From: Croceibacterium sp. | GTDB taxonomy: Bacteria > Pseudomonadota > Alphaproteobacteria > Sphingomonadales > Sphingomonadaceae | DNA length: 62,745 nt | Direction: 5' to 3' | Assembly (NCBI GenBank): GCA_035494275.1 | Contig: DATJHD010000334.1 | Coordinates: forward strand, 1-62,745 | Shown: in pieces, positions 1 to 10,757 of the stretch | Layout: each line of letters starts with the position of its first letter | Position numbering within the stretch: the first letter of the stretch is position 1 | Translations under genes and position numbers: made by a program | Notes under the pieces: generated by a model | Database searches by the model: none | Told to the model about the DNA's origin: nothing | What the model saw: only the letters and a program-made list of their open reading frames with translations

Positions 1-679
1 CGGCATCGCCCTGTTCCTGACCGAGATCGCGCCGCGCTGGTCGCGCGGTCCGATCGGCATCGCGGTGGAGCTGCTCGCGGCCATTCCGAGCATTATCTAC
101 GGCATGTGGGGCCTGTTCGTGTTCGCGCCGTTCATGGGCGCTCACGTCGAGCCATGGCTGACGGACCACCTCGGAGCCTGGCCGATCCTGGGAACGCTGT
201 TCGACGGGCCGCCGATCGGGATCGGCATGCTGACCGCTGGCATCGTGCTCGGCATCATGATCATCCCGTTCATCGCCGCCGTCGCCCGCGACGTCTTCGC
301 GGAAGTGCCCGCGCCGCTCAAGGAAGCGGCGGTCGCGCTCGGCTCGACGCGCTGGGAAGTCCTGACCAAGGTCACCTTGCCCTACACCCGCTCGGCGATC
401 ATCGGGGCGATCTTCCTTGGTCTCGGCCGCGCGCTGGGCGAGACGATGGCCGTGACTTTCGTGCTCGGCAACGCTCACGACCTCTCGCTCTCGTTGCTCA
501 TGCCAAGCAATTCCATCGCCGCTGCGATCGCCAACGAGTTCACCGAGGCGGACAGCCAGCTTTACCGCTCCTCGCTCATTGCCCTCGCTTTCCTGCTGTT
601 CGTGGTCACCTTCATCGTGCTGAGCCTCGCCAAGCTCCTGCTTTTGCGCCTGAAGCGCGTTCACGGGAGGACCTTGTGA
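1..679 (+). CDS. pstC: Phosphate ABC transporter permease PstC (5' truncated by window edge)
   Basis: ELLAAIPSIIYGMWG, EAAVALGSTRWE and GRALGETMAV motifs; first gene of the pst operon. Confidence 0.95.
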   Translation, partial: GIALFLTEIAPRWSRGPIGIAVELLAAIPSIIYGMWGLFVFAPFMGAHVEPWLTDHLGAWPILGTLFDGPPIGIGMLTAGIVLGIMIIPFIAAVARDVFAEVPAPLKEAAVALGSTRWEVLTKVTLPYTRSAIIGAIFLGLGRALGETMAVTFVLGNAHDLSLSLLMPSNSIAAAIANEFTEADSQLYRSSLIALAFLLFVVTFIVLSLAKLLLLRLKRVHGRTL

Positions 680-1518
680 CCCTCTCGCGCGCGCGGAAAC
701 GCAAGATCGTCGACGGCATGGCGCTCGTCTTTGCCGGCGCGGCAACGCTGTTCGGCCTGGTTTGGCTGTTCTGGATCCTGTGGACCACGCTGCAGCAGGG
801 GATCGGTGCGCTGAGCCCGACTCTGTTCACGCAGATGACCCCGCCGCCCGGCTCACAAGGTGGGTTGCTGAACGCCTTTTACGGCAGCGCGGTGATGATC
901 CTGCTGGCCGTGGCGATCGGCGCCCCGATCGGATTGGCCGCTGGAACCTACCTCGCCGAACACGGCCGCTACACGCGCCTCGGTACGGTGGTCGGCTTCC
1001 TCAACGACGTCCTGCTCAGTGCGCCCTCGATCGTTATCGGCCTGTTCGTTTATGAAATGGTGGTCGTTTCGATGGGGCATTTCTCGGGCTTTGCCGGCGC
1101 GCTGGCCCTGGCGATGATCCTGCTGCCGGTCATCGTGAGGACGAGCGACGAGGCGCTTCGCCTCGTGCCCGACCAGATGCGCGAAGCGGCCTTCGCGCTC
1201 GGCATACCGCGGTGGAAGGTGACATTGCAGATACTCTACAAGGCCGCGCTTTCTGCCATTCTCACCGGTATTCTCCTGGGCGTCGCGCGCATTGCCGGCG
1301 AAACCGCGCCGCTGCTGTTCACCGCGTTGAGCAATCAATTCTGGACATCGAGCCTGAACGAGCCGCTCGCCAACCTGCCGGTCGTCATCTTTCAGTACGC
1401 GATGAGCCCTTACGACGAATGGCACGAGCTGGCCTGGGCCGGCGCCCTCATGCTGACCCTGTTCGTGCTCGGCCTCAACATCGCGGTGCGACTGATCGTC
1501 CGCCGGGGAAAACGCTAA
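676..1518 (+). CDS. pstA: Phosphate ABC transporter permease PstA
   Basis: GTG at 676 overlaps the pstC stop (GTGA) after GGGAGG; SAPSIVIGLF, REAAFALG, ARIAGETAPLLFT; N-terminal part of track ORF 106..1518 is spurious. Confidence 0.95.
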   Translation: MTLSRARKRKIVDGMALVFAGAATLFGLVWLFWILWTTLQQGIGALSPTLFTQMTPPPGSQGGLLNAFYGSAVMILLAVAIGAPIGLAAGTYLAEHGRYTRLGTVVGFLNDVLLSAPSIVIGLFVYEMVVVSMGHFSGFAGALALAMILLPVIVRTSDEALRLVPDQMREAAFALGIPRWKVTLQILYKAALSAILTGILLGVARIAGETAPLLFTALSNQFWTSSLNEPLANLPVVIFQYAMSPYDEWHELAWAGALMLTLFVLGLNIAVRLIVRRGKR

Positions 1519-2346
1519 ATGGATAACGAAGCTATGCTCGCGACGCCTTCTCTCTTGCGCTTCGAGCCGAACCACGATGCCGTGTCTGAGACGCCGACGC
1601 AGCTCGGCATCCGTCACCTCGATTTCTTCTACGGCCGCGCCCAGGCCCTTCATGACGTGAACCTCGAGATCAAGGCCAATGCGGTCACGGCAATTATCGG
1701 TCCGTCGGGATGCGGCAAGTCGACCCTCTTGAGATCGATCAACCGTATCTACGAGCTCTACCCCGAGCAGCGCGCCGAGGGTGAGATCCTGGTCGATGGC
1801 CGCAACGTGCTCGACAAACGCTATCCGCTGTCGGAACTGAGAAGAAAGGTCGGCATGGTTTTCCAGAAGCCGACCCCTTTCGCCTCGTCGATCCGCAACA
1901 ATGTCGCTTTCGCGTTGTCCTATTACGAGAAGTTGTCGAAGTCCGAGATCGCCGACCGGGTGGAAGACGCGCTGCGACAGGCGGCCCTGTGGGACGAGGT
2001 CAAGGACAAGCTCGGCCAAAGCGCCCTCGGCCTGTCGGGCGGCCAGCAGCAGCGGCTGTGCATCGCCCGCACGATTGCCGTCAGGCCCGAAATCCTGCTC
2101 CTCGACGAGGCGACCTCCGCGCTCGATCCGATCTCGACCGCGAAGATCGAGGAACTGATTCACGAGCTGCGCGAGCGCTTCACGATCATAATCGTGACCC
2201 ACAACATGCAACAGGCCGCCCGCGTGTCGCAGCGGACCGCGTTCTTTCACCTCGGCGAGCTGATCGAGTTCGGCAAGACCCGGGACATCTTCACCAATCC
2301 TCGTGTGCAGCGCACGCAGGATTACATAACGGGCCGGTTCGGCTGA
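1519..2346 (+). CDS. pstB: Phosphate ABC transporter ATP-binding protein PstB
   Basis: Walker [33 protein letters not shown]-terminal DYITGRFG. Confidence 0.97.
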   Translation: MDNEAMLATPSLLRFEPNHDAVSETPTQLGIRHLDFFYGRAQALHDVNLEIKANAVTAIIGPSGCGKSTLLRSINRIYELYPEQRAEGEILVDGRNVLDKRYPLSELRRKVGMVFQKPTPFASSIRNNVAFALSYYEKLSKSEIADRVEDALRQAALWDEVKDKLGQSALGLSGGQQQRLCIARTIAVRPEILLLDEATSALDPISTAKIEELIHELRERFTIIIVTHNMQQAARVSQRTAFFHLGELIEFGKTRDIFTNPRVQRTQDYITGRFG

Positions 2347-2357
2347 GGGAGCGAGCG

Positions 2358-3044
2358 ATGCAGCAGGCACGCGAACACACACTGAAGGCCTTCGACGAGG
2401 ATCTGGATCGCCTGAGGGCGCTCATCGCACAGATGGGCGGTCTGGCCGAGCACGCCATCAGCGAGGCGATGCGCTGCCTCGTCCAGCGGGACGTCGACGG
2501 CGCCATGGCCGTGGTCCGCGAGGACGTGAAGCTCGACAATCTGGAAATCGAGGCCGAGAAACGGGTCGTTCAATTGATCGCGCTGCGCGCCCCGATGGCC
2601 GGTGACCTGCGCGAAGCGGTCGCCGCGCTGAAGATTTCCGGCGTCGTGGAGCGCATCGGCGACTACGCCAAGAACATCGCCCGGCGAGTGCCGCTGCTCG
2701 AGGACTCCAGCCAGATCGAACCCTTGTCCCTGCTCCCGGAAATGGCCCGCATCGCGACCCAGATGGTGCACGACGTCCTCGATGCCTTCGTCAATCGTGA
2801 TCCCGAGGCGGCTGTCCGTGTTGTCGAGCGCGACCAGGCGGTCGACGACTTCTACGACTCCATCTTCCGCACGCTGTTGACGTTCATGATGGAGCGGCCG
2901 CAGAACATCGGCCAGTCGGCGCATCTGCTGTTCGTGGCCAAGAATATCGAGCGTGTCGGCGACCACGCGACGAACATTGCCGAGATGGTCTATTACGCCG
3001 CCACTGGCGAGCATGTCGCCGAGCATAAGACGAAGGCCGGCTGA
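2358..3044 (+). CDS. phoU: Phosphate signalling protein PhoU
   Basis: ATG 2358 after GAGGGAG; two ERIGD/ERVGDHATNIAE repeats; follows pstB. Confidence 0.95.
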   Translation: MQQAREHTLKAFDEDLDRLRALIAQMGGLAEHAISEAMRCLVQRDVDGAMAVVREDVKLDNLEIEAEKRVVQLIALRAPMAGDLREAVAALKISGVVERIGDYAKNIARRVPLLEDSSQIEPLSLLPEMARIATQMVHDVLDAFVNRDPEAAVRVVERDQAVDDFYDSIFRTLLTFMMERPQNIGQSAHLLFVAKNIERVGDHATNIAEMVYYAATGEHVAEHKTKAG

Positions 3045-3046
3045 CC

Positions 3047-3751
3047 GTGTCCGACAATGGCAACAAGAGATTGCTGGTCGTCGAGGACGACCGCGCGATC
3101 GCCGAGTTGGTGAAGCATCACTTCTCGAAGGAAGGCTTTACCGTCACGACCACGCCGTCGGGCGAGGAGGCGCTCGTGCTGGTCGAGGAGATCAAGCCCG
3201 CCCTGGTCGTGCTCGACTGGATGATCGAAGATCTGAGCGGCATCGAAGTGTGCCGCCAGTTGCGCAGGCGCAGCGCACACGCGAACATGCCGATCCTCAT
3301 GCTGACCGCTCGGGGCGAGGAGGAGGACCGCATTCGTGGCCTCGAGACGGGCGCGGACGATTTCGTGACCAAGCCATTCAGTCCCAAGGAACTGGTCGCG
3401 CGGGCAAAAGCGGTGCTGCGGCGCTCGAATCCCAATCTCCTGGCCGATAAGCTGACCTATGCCGGCCTCGAGATGGACACCGCAGCGCACCGTGTGCGCC
3501 ATAAAGGCGCGCGCGTCGAGCTGGGGCCAACCGAGTACCGTCTGCTGCGATATCTGCTGCAGCACCCGGAGAAGGTCTTCTCGCGTCATCAACTGCTCGA
3601 GCGCGTCTGGCCCCACAACGAGGACATCGAGGCGCGCACTGTCGACGTTCACATCCGCCGGCTCCGGCAAGCGCTCGATGCAGCCAACGGCGGTGGAGAG
3701 ATCATCCGGACGGTCAGGGCGGAGGGCTACTCGCTGGACGTTGGCCAATAG
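3047..3751 (+). CDS. phoB: Phosphate regulon response regulator PhoB
   Basis: Receiver (VVEDD, LDWMI, TKPF) plus OmpR winged helix (LGPTEYRLL, RTVDVHIRRLR); follows phoU. Confidence 0.92.
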   Translation: MSDNGNKRLLVVEDDRAIAELVKHHFSKEGFTVTTTPSGEEALVLVEEIKPALVVLDWMIEDLSGIEVCRQLRRRSAHANMPILMLTARGEEEDRIRGLETGADDFVTKPFSPKELVARAKAVLRRSNPNLLADKLTYAGLEMDTAAHRVRHKGARVELGPTEYRLLRYLLQHPEKVFSRHQLLERVWPHNEDIEARTVDVHIRRLRQALDAANGGGEIIRTVRAEGYSLDVGQ

Positions 3752-4062
3752 CTTGTTGAGCCATTTTGTCCGCACGCAGTCGGACTGACAGCTCGCCCGG
3801 CCTCGCAAGCCGAGTTCGCACGTCTCAACCGGGCGGTCTTGGCTTTCGTGCGCGCTGATGCGGTGCGCCCGCAACCGATGAGCGTGATCGCGTGGGTGCC
3901 GTCCTCGCCATGGGCTTGAGGAGCGGGGTCGACGATGGCCAAGGACAGAAGCAGAAATTCTTGTCGCATCCCGCGAACGGCAGCTCTTGGCCTGAGCCGG
4001 CCTTCTCGACTTCGGCTTGATCCATGAGATGCGAACTCAGGAGGAGTTGAAGCTCCACCTCT

Positions 4063-5070
4063 TCATGAAGCTGGTTCGGCGGCTGCCGCAGCCTTGAAAG
4101 GCTTGTCGTGAGCATGGCTCATGAGGCCACGGCTGCGCTGCAAGAAATCACGCACGATATGCCGCACCTTGGCGCTTTGCCCGACCATGAGGTGACCACC
4201 GCGCTTGAAGACGTGCAATTCCGAGCCAGGAATATGCGCGGCCGTAAACCTTGCTCCGGGAAGCGTCCTGTAAAGGTCGTCTTCCGACGAGATGATCAGG
4301 ACGGGGCAGGAAATCTGTTCGAGAGGCCACGCGTGGATGTCGGCCGCGCCGTCAACTCCTATACCCTGCACTCTGCTCGATAGCGGCAGGATCGATTTGA
4401 TGATCCTGCTGACGCGAGCCTTCTCCGCCTCGGACGCGCTCGCGTCAACTTGGGGCGGAACTCCCAGGAAGCGAACCACGGACCTGCGGGAAATCCGCGC
4501 CGCGAGCCAGAACGGGAAGTCGGCCGACGCTTCGACGAGGCGCAATACGGCCTGGCTCTCCGCACTTTCGTCCGCGCCGATCGACTGGCTCGGGTGATAG
4601 GTGCGGGGAACAAGGAGCATCAGGGCCGACACCCGACCTGGATATCGCAAGGCGAACTCTATAGCGCTCGGAGCTCCGGCCGAGGCGCCGGCAACGATCG
4701 CTTTCTCGATTCCGAGGAAGTCGAGCAGCGCCGCGTGAGCGTCGGCCTGGGCGGCCGGGGAAGCGTCAGGAGGTATCGGGGTCCTGACATAGCCGAAGCG
4801 CGAAGGCGCGACGACACGCAAGTCCCCGCCAAAATCGTCGGCAAGGAGCAGCCCCTGATCGTAGCCGCCGCCAGCTCCATGGATCATGAGCAGCGCCGGC
4901 CCTTCGCCTCGTTCCGCATATTCGATGGGACCTGCCGCCGTATGCGCGATCGTGCTGCCGCGATCGAGGTCGGCGCGAGCTTTCGCCATATCGCTTCTGT
5001 AGCGGGCGTACGTCGTGGCCCCCGCGGTCAAGGCCGCGATGAAGAGAATGCGCGCTAGTTTGCCGGTCAT
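4063..5070 (-). CDS. Alpha/beta fold hydrolase with N-terminal anchor/signal
   Basis: IHGAGGG oxyanion motif, GASAG nucleophile elbow, DD and GGH catalytic positions. Confidence 0.85.
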   Translation of the reverse strand: MTGKLARILFIAALTAGATTYARYRSDMAKARADLDRGSTIAHTAAGPIEYAERGEGPALLMIHGAGGGYDQGLLLADDFGGDLRVVAPSRFGYVRTPIPPDASPAAQADAHAALLDFLGIEKAIVAGASAGAPSAIEFALRYPGRVSALMLLVPRTYHPSQSIGADESAESQAVLRLVEASADFPFWLAARISRRSVVRFLGVPPQVDASASEAEKARVSRIIKSILPLSSRVQGIGVDGAADIHAWPLEQISCPVLIISSEDDLYRTLPGARFTAAHIPGSELHVFKRGGHLMVGQSAKVRHIVRDFLQRSRGLMSHAHDKPFKAAAAAEPAS

Positions 5071-5350
5071 TTTTCACCTCCATCAACGCGTCGCTCGCGC
5101 ATGAGGCCCGAGACCTCGCCCATCCCTGCAAGATGACCGCTTTCGCGAGCGGCGGTGCATTCGCTATGTTCCGTAGTTGTCCTGCGCGGGCGCAATCGGA
5201 CCAGCTGGCTGCCGTTTGGGCGAGTGATCGGGGCGTGGGCGCGCCATTTGCCTGGCTGCGGTGAGCGCCGGGCGGCTTTTTTCCGCAAAATTACGAAGAT
5301 ACCGTGAGAAAACGCCTTGGCAGGGTGCTGTGCAAAGAAGGACCCGTGCC

Positions 5351-6544
5351 ATGCTGCCGAGCGCAACCGCCTCCAAATGCCTCTATCGCTTCCTGGCGGC
5401 GATCCTGCTGTGGATGGCGACGACGTATGGAACGGCCGCTCTCGCGCAGCAGACGCGGCCGGAGCGCTGGGACCGGGCGACGGCAAGCACGTTGGTTGCC
5501 TATATCGAACGCCTCGGGAACCACGGCCTCGACCCGTCGGACTACCAGGCGGCCGCGCTCAAGGAAGCGATCCAGGCGGGCGATCCTGTGGCTCTGGAAA
5601 GGCAGGCGACGGCGAGTTTCGGCCTGGTGGCCGAAGACCTCGCGATCGGTCACGTGCGGCCGGGTCAGCGCAGCCGCTATTACATTGCACCAAACTCACT
5701 CGACCCGGTCCTCGTCGCACGAATGATCGACGTGGCGATCACGGCGCAGCAGGTTTCGTGGGTGCTCGATTCCTTCGCGCCGCACAATCCGGAGTATATT
5801 TCGCTGCGCGCCGCGCTCGCGGGCCCCGATGGCGCCGATCCGGCCAAACGGGTCGCGCTGATCGCGAGCCTCGAACGCTGGCGCTGGTTTCCGCATAACG
5901 CGGGTTCTCGCTACCTCCTGGTCAACATCCCTGAATACCGCTTGCGGCTGATCGAGAACGGCAAGCCAGTCGCCAGTCACAAGGTGATCGTCGGCCAGAT
6001 CGGCAAGCAGACGCCGCAGTTCCAAGCCCTGGTCACCGGCGTCATTCTCAACCCGTCGTGGAACGTTCCGCCATCGATAATAGCCGAAAGTGTCGGCAGG
6101 CTCGTGCGCAGCCAGCCAGCCACCGCGCGCAGCCGCGGCTACACCTGGAGTTATCGGGCGGGTCACCTGGAGGTCGTGCAGCGGCCGGGGCCCGGAAATT
6201 CGCTCGGGCAAATGAAGCTCGATATGCCCAACCCGCTGACGGTGTTCATTCACGACACGCCGAGCAAGGAATTGTTCGACCGCCCCGATCGCACGTTCAG
6301 CCACGGCTGCATACGCACGCAGGAACCTTTCGACCTGGCGCAGAAGTTGCTGGCAGACGTCGGCTGGGATCGAGCCCGAATAGATGCCGTCGTCGCCAAG
6401 CGGATCACGACCCGCGTGGCGCTGGGTTCACCCGTTCCGGCCTATGTCGTTTACATGACGGCGGTGCCGCAGCCCGATGGATCGATCGCTTACCTCAAGG
6501 ATCCGTACAAGCTCGATGCAGCCTTGGCGGCGAAGCTGGGCTGA
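5351..6544 (+). CDS. L,D-transpeptidase family protein (YcbB-like)
   Basis: Signal peptide, LERWRW, VNIPEY, NPSWNVP, IHDTP...SHGCIR catalytic motif; start uncertain. Confidence 0.9.
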   Translation: MLPSATASKCLYRFLAAILLWMATTYGTAALAQQTRPERWDRATASTLVAYIERLGNHGLDPSDYQAAALKEAIQAGDPVALERQATASFGLVAEDLAIGHVRPGQRSRYYIAPNSLDPVLVARMIDVAITAQQVSWVLDSFAPHNPEYISLRAALAGPDGADPAKRVALIASLERWRWFPHNAGSRYLLVNIPEYRLRLIENGKPVASHKVIVGQIGKQTPQFQALVTGVILNPSWNVPPSIIAESVGRLVRSQPATARSRGYTWSYRAGHLEVVQRPGPGNSLGQMKLDMPNPLTVFIHDTPSKELFDRPDRTFSHGCIRTQEPFDLAQKLLADVGWDRARIDAVVAKRITTRVALGSPVPAYVVYMTAVPQPDGSIAYLKDPYKLDAALAAKLG

Positions 6545-6600
6545 CATGGCAGACCGCCGCAAGGCAAGCTGATGCCGATCGTCACAGGACGCACGCATCC

Positions 6601-9123
6601 TCATGCCTCGCGCTGCCGCAGACGCTTCACGAACTCGGTAACGGCGGCGTAGAGCGCCACCACGCCAAGCAGAATCGCCATTGTCACACCGTTCGGCGGC
6701 TCAAAGGCAAACAGCGAACCGATCGAGCCCGCGTACGGCAAGCCAACCGCAAGCAGCGCCACTAGCACGCAGCTCCCGAGCAGCAGGCGTGACGGAGTGC
6801 TCTGCCAGGCTCTCCGGCGCGTTCTCAGGAGCAGCAGGGCGGTGAGTTCGGTCAGCAGCGACACGACGAACCAGCTCGTGCGGAAGCGATCGGCGTCGGC
6901 GTTCACGATCAGCCTCAGCACGGCGAAGGTCGCGAGATCGAACACCGTGCTGATCAGGCCGAAGAGGATCATGAAATTGCGGATCTGGCGGATGTCCCAC
7001 CGCTGGGCCGACTGAATTCGCTCGGGATCTACCGTATCGCCGGCGATGGCCACGGCAGGAAGGTCGGACAGGAAATTGTTGAGCAGGATTTGCGTCGGCA
7101 GCATCGGCAGGAACGGCAGCAGCACGGTGGCGAGCGCCATGCTGACCATATTCCCGAAGTTGGCGCTGATCGTGATGGCGATATACTTGAGCGTATTGGC
7201 GAAAGTGCGCCGCCCGTCTTCGACACCGCGGCGGATGGCCCCGAGATCGGGGCGCAGAAGCACGATGTCGGCGCTCTCGCGCGCCACGTCGACCGCGGTG
7301 TCGACCGAGATGCCGACGTCTGCCGCGCGCAGGGCCGGAGCATCATTGATACCGTCACCCATATAGCCGACGGCATGGCCGGCGTGCTGGAAGGCGCGGA
7401 CGATCCTTTCCTTCTGCTGTGGTTCGATCTCCGCGAAGACCGTGACGCGGTCGATGCGCTCGGCGAGGCTGGAATCGTCAAGACCGTCGATGGCATCACC
7501 CGTGAGCATCTCGCCGGACGCAAGGCCGATGACCTCGGCCATGTGGGCGTTGACATGGCGATTGTCGCCGCTGATGATGCGAACCGAGATACCGCGTCGG
7601 CGCATGGCGGCGACCGTCGGCGCGATGCCGGGCTTCGGCGGATCGAAGAACAGCAGGAAGCCCTCGAGGCACGCCTCCCCCTCTTCCCCCAGCGACAACG
7701 CAAGTGTGCGGAAGCCCTCGCCGGCCTTGCTCTTCACGTAGGCGTCGACCCGCGCGCGTGCCGCGTCGTCAAGCCGACGGCTTCGGTTTCCATCGCGCCA
7801 GTGAGCGCATCCGGAGAGGACTTCTCCGACCGCGCCCTTGCTGATGAAGAGGGAAGATTTGTCGGGCATTTGCACCAGGACCGCGAACCGGCGACGAACG
7901 AAATCATAGGGCACTTCGCGCAGCTTCGTGATCCCTGCCGGCTCGACGGCGGCAGCTTTCGCCGCGAAGAGCACGGCGTCATCAATGGCACTGGTCATGC
8001 TCGTCTGCAGCGCTGCGTTGATGGCAGCGAGACGCAGGACGTTTGGCGACGGAGCGCCGTCGGGGCCGACGGCGGCGCTCAGCGCGATGGCTCCCTTCGT
8101 CAGCGTTCCGGTCTTGTCGGTACACAGGATGTCCATCCCGCCCAGGTTTTCAATGGCCTCAAGGCGGCGCACGAGCACGCCATGACGGGCCATTCGGCGC
8201 GCGCCGGCCGCGAGCGTGATGCTGACGATCGCCGGCAGCAACTCGGGCGAAAGGGCAACAGCGAGGGCCATGGCGAACAAGAGCGACGTCACGAGGTCGC
8301 GCCCGAGCCAGACGCTCGCCGCGAGCACCAGCGCGACCACCGCGAGCATCACCCGCATCAGCAGCGCGCCGAACGCGGCCAGGCCGCGCGCGAACTCGGT
8401 TTGCTCTTCGGCTTGCTCAAGGGTTGCCTCGATCTTCCCGAACTGGGTTTGTTTCCCCGCGGCGACGACCAACATTCGCGCGGTCCCGCTGCGGATCGAG
8501 GTGCCCTCGAACAGCGCGCCCGTGCGTTGCGAGACAGGCGTGTCGGCGGCGGCAACCCCGGGGTTTTTTTCGACCGGGAAGGGCTCGCCTGTCAGCAGCG
8601 CTTCATCGACGGTCAGGCTTTGCGACTGGAGAATGGTGCCGTCCCCCGGAACGAGATCGCCTGCCTTGATGAGCGCCACGTCACCGGGAACGACTTCGTC
8701 GAGCGAAACGCTCGTCTCGGCTCCGCCGCGCAGCACGCGCACTTGCCGCACCAGCCGCGAACGCAGTTCGGCGATCGCATTCGACGCGCTGTATTCCTGG
8801 GTGAAACCGAGAATTCCGCTGCCGGCTATGATCGCGAGGATGATCGCCGCGTCGAGCCACTCACGCAGCACGAGCGACAGCAGCGCCGCGACGATAAGGA
8901 TCACGACCAGCGGGCTGGTAAACTGGCTTGCCAACAGGCGCAGCGCACGGTGTCCAGGGCCGCGGCCCGGACTGGTCGGCCGCCGCTTGGCCGCTTCGTC
9001 AGGCGTAAGGCCCCGGACGCTGCTGGCGAGGGACCGCACGAGGTCGGCCGGTTCCCTTGCCCACCACGCATGGTCTTCGCCGGGCGGGAAGGATCGAGCT
9101 CGAAGCGTCTCGAGCGCCTCCAT
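6601..9123 (-). CDS. mgtA: Magnesium-translocating P-type ATPase (MgtA-like)
   Basis: DKTGT phosphorylation site, PELLP, GDGINDAPAL, SANFGNMVS and PTQILLNN typical of Mg2+ P-ATPases. Confidence 0.85.
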   Translation of the reverse strand: MEALETLRARSFPPGEDHAWWAREPADLVRSLASSVRGLTPDEAAKRRPTSPGRGPGHRALRLLASQFTSPLVVILIVAALLSLVLREWLDAAIILAIIAGSGILGFTQEYSASNAIAELRSRLVRQVRVLRGGAETSVSLDEVVPGDVALIKAGDLVPGDGTILQSQSLTVDEALLTGEPFPVEKNPGVAAADTPVSQRTGALFEGTSIRSGTARMLVVAAGKQTQFGKIEATLEQAEEQTEFARGLAAFGALLMRVMLAVVALVLAASVWLGRDLVTSLLFAMALAVALSPELLPAIVSITLAAGARRMARHGVLVRRLEAIENLGGMDILCTDKTGTLTKGAIALSAAVGPDGAPSPNVLRLAAINAALQTSMTSAIDDAVLFAAKAAAVEPAGITKLREVPYDFVRRRFAVLVQMPDKSSLFISKGAVGEVLSGCAHWRDGNRSRRLDDAARARVDAYVKSKAGEGFRTLALSLGEEGEACLEGFLLFFDPPKPGIAPTVAAMRRRGISVRIISGDNRHVNAHMAEVIGLASGEMLTGDAIDGLDDSSLAERIDRVTVFAEIEPQQKERIVRAFQHAGHAVGYMGDGINDAPALRAADVGISVDTAVDVARESADIVLLRPDLGAIRRGVEDGRRTFANTLKYIAITISANFGNMVSMALATVLLPFLPMLPTQILLNNFLSDLPAVAIAGDTVDPERIQSAQRWDIRQIRNFMILFGLISTVFDLATFAVLRLIVNADADRFRTSWFVVSLLTELTALLLLRTRRRAWQSTPSRLLLGSCVLVALLAVGLPYAGSIGSLFAFEPPNGVTMAILLGVVALYAAVTEFVKRLRQREA

Positions 9124-9128
9124 CTCGC

Positions 9129-10757
9129 TCAGCCCTTGGCCTGCTTGCGGCGCCCGTCGCGGAAATCGGCGTAGGACTCGAGCACTCGGCGAAGCCGCTC
9201 CACGGCTTCCTGCCGGCGCGACTCGGGTATCCTCGCGAGGTTGGACTTCAGGCCGGTGACCAGATCGGCATAGGCGTTCTGCCAGTCGCGGCCGACGGCG
9301 TCTTGCGCCGCCTTGTCGCCCGTCGTCAGCCGGCGCGCGCGCCGGCCCTTGGGCAGCTCATATCTTTCCCCGATCTTCGGCAGGCGCACTTCAAGGGTAG
9401 GCTCGCGCTTCTGCAATTCCCGGCGCATCGCCTCCATGCCGTCGGGCTCGCCGTGATCCAGGAACAGGGTTCCTGAAATCGGTGTCCGCGCGGCGATCCA
9501 TTCGAGCAGCTCGTCGCCGTCCGCATGGGCAGAGTAGTTGTCGATGCGCCGGATTTGCGCCCGCACCTCGACGTCATTGCCCGAGATGCGCGCGACAGCG
9601 GCGCCATCGAGGATGACCCGACCGAGCGTGCCTTGCGCCTGGAAGCCGACGAACAGCACGGTCGAATCGCGGCGGGACAAGTTGTGAAGCAGGTGATGAC
9701 GGATGCGTCCGCCTTCGCACATGCCGGACCCGGCGAGGATGATGGCGCCGGACATCGAGTTGAGCCGGATCGATTCGGCGGTGTCGCGCACGAAATGGAA
9801 GTAGGGATCATCGAAGATGTCCGCGCCGTCCATGTCCTCCAGCTCCGAGCCGTAGCGGGCAAACACGCCGGTGAGCCGGCTGGCGAGCGGCGAATCGATA
9901 AACACCGGAACGCCGGGAATCCGGCCGCTGCGGCGCAGCTGCGCCAGATCGAGCAGCAGTTCCTGCGTGCGCTCGAGGGCAAAGGTGGGAATGACGAGGT
10001 TTCCGCCGCGGGCAAGCGCTCCAGCGACCTCGGCCTGCAAGGCGATCCGCCGCTCTTCGATGGTCAGCTTCTGGCGCTTGCGACCAGCGTATGTGCTTTC
10101 GCAGATCACGTGATCGACGCCGGCAGGGGCGCCGGGGTCGGCGTGGAAGGCCTTGAACTCCGGCCCGATGTCGCCCGACAGCACCAGGCGCACTGCGCCG
10201 GCGTGCAATTCGACTGAAGCCGAGCCGAGCACGTGACCGGCGTTCCATAGCCGGGTCCGGAAACCTGCTGCCGGCTCGAACCATTCGCACAGCTCGACGG
10301 GCCGGCACTGTCGCCAGGCGGCCATGGCATCCTGCTCGGTATAGAGCGGTTCGAAAGCCGGCGCCCCCGAGCGGTCGCGGCGGCGGTTGTGCCGCTCGGC
10401 TTCCATTTCCTGGATGCGACCCGAGTCGGCGAGCATGAATTCAAGCAGGTCGCGGGTCGCCGGGGTACACCAGATCGGGCCGGTGAATCCCTGCGCCACG
10501 AGCTTCGGAAGAAGGCCCGAATGATCGATGTGCGCATGGGTCAGAACGACTCCCGCGATACGCCGCGGATCGAAACCGAAGCGGCCGAGATTGAGCGCTT
10601 CGAGCGAGCGCGAGCCCTGGAACAGCCCGCAATCCACGAGAATTCTTTCGCCGCCACGGGCAAGCTCGAGGCACGAACCGGTGACCGTCTCCGCAGCCCC
10701 GTGGAATGTCAGGGTGAGTTTCTCGCGTCCGGTTGTCGGCTTGCTCACAGGCACCAT
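9129..10757 (-). CDS. MBL-fold beta-CASP ribonuclease
   Basis: THAHIDHSG, AGHVLGS, SGDIG, ESTY, GSGMCEGGR, YSAHAD, HGE motifs. Confidence 0.9.
   Translation of the reverse strand: MVPVSKPTTGREKLTLTFHGAAETVTGSCLELARGGERILVDCGLFQGSRSLEALNLGRFGFDPRRIAGVVLTHAHIDHSGLLPKLVAQGFTGPIWCTPATRDLLEFMLADSGRIQEMEAERHNRRRDRSGAPAFEPLYTEQDAMAAWRQCRPVELCEWFEPAAGFRTRLWNAGHVLGSASVELHAGAVRLVLSGDIGPEFKAFHADPGAPAGVDHVICESTYAGRKRQKLTIEERRIALQAEVAGALARGGNLVIPTFALERTQELLLDLAQLRRSGRIPGVPVFIDSPLASRLTGVFARYGSELEDMDGADIFDDPYFHFVRDTAESIRLNSMSGAIILAGSGMCEGGRIRHHLLHNLSRRDSTVLFVGFQAQGTLGRVILDGAAVARISGNDVEVRAQIRRIDNYSAHADGDELLEWIAARTPISGTLFLDHGEPDGMEAMRRELQKREPTLEVRLPKIGERYELPKGRRARRLTTGDKAAQDAVGRDWQNAYADLVTGLKSNLARIPESRRQEAVERLRRVLESYADFRDGRRKQAKG

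Noticed and set aside
853-2382. Long antisense/alternate-frame ORFs (e.g. 853..2382, 7090..9174, 39787..41598, 48989..51442, 51826..54387)
   Set aside because: Shadow ORFs of well-supported genes, expected in high-GC DNA; Arg/Ala/Gly-rich with no motifs
3825-4115. 96-aa ORF with a CDKNFCFC segment, and a 9-codon ORF (MKRWSFNSS) coupled to the hydrolase stop
   Set aside because: No recognisable family or convincing RBS; cannot support either as a gene
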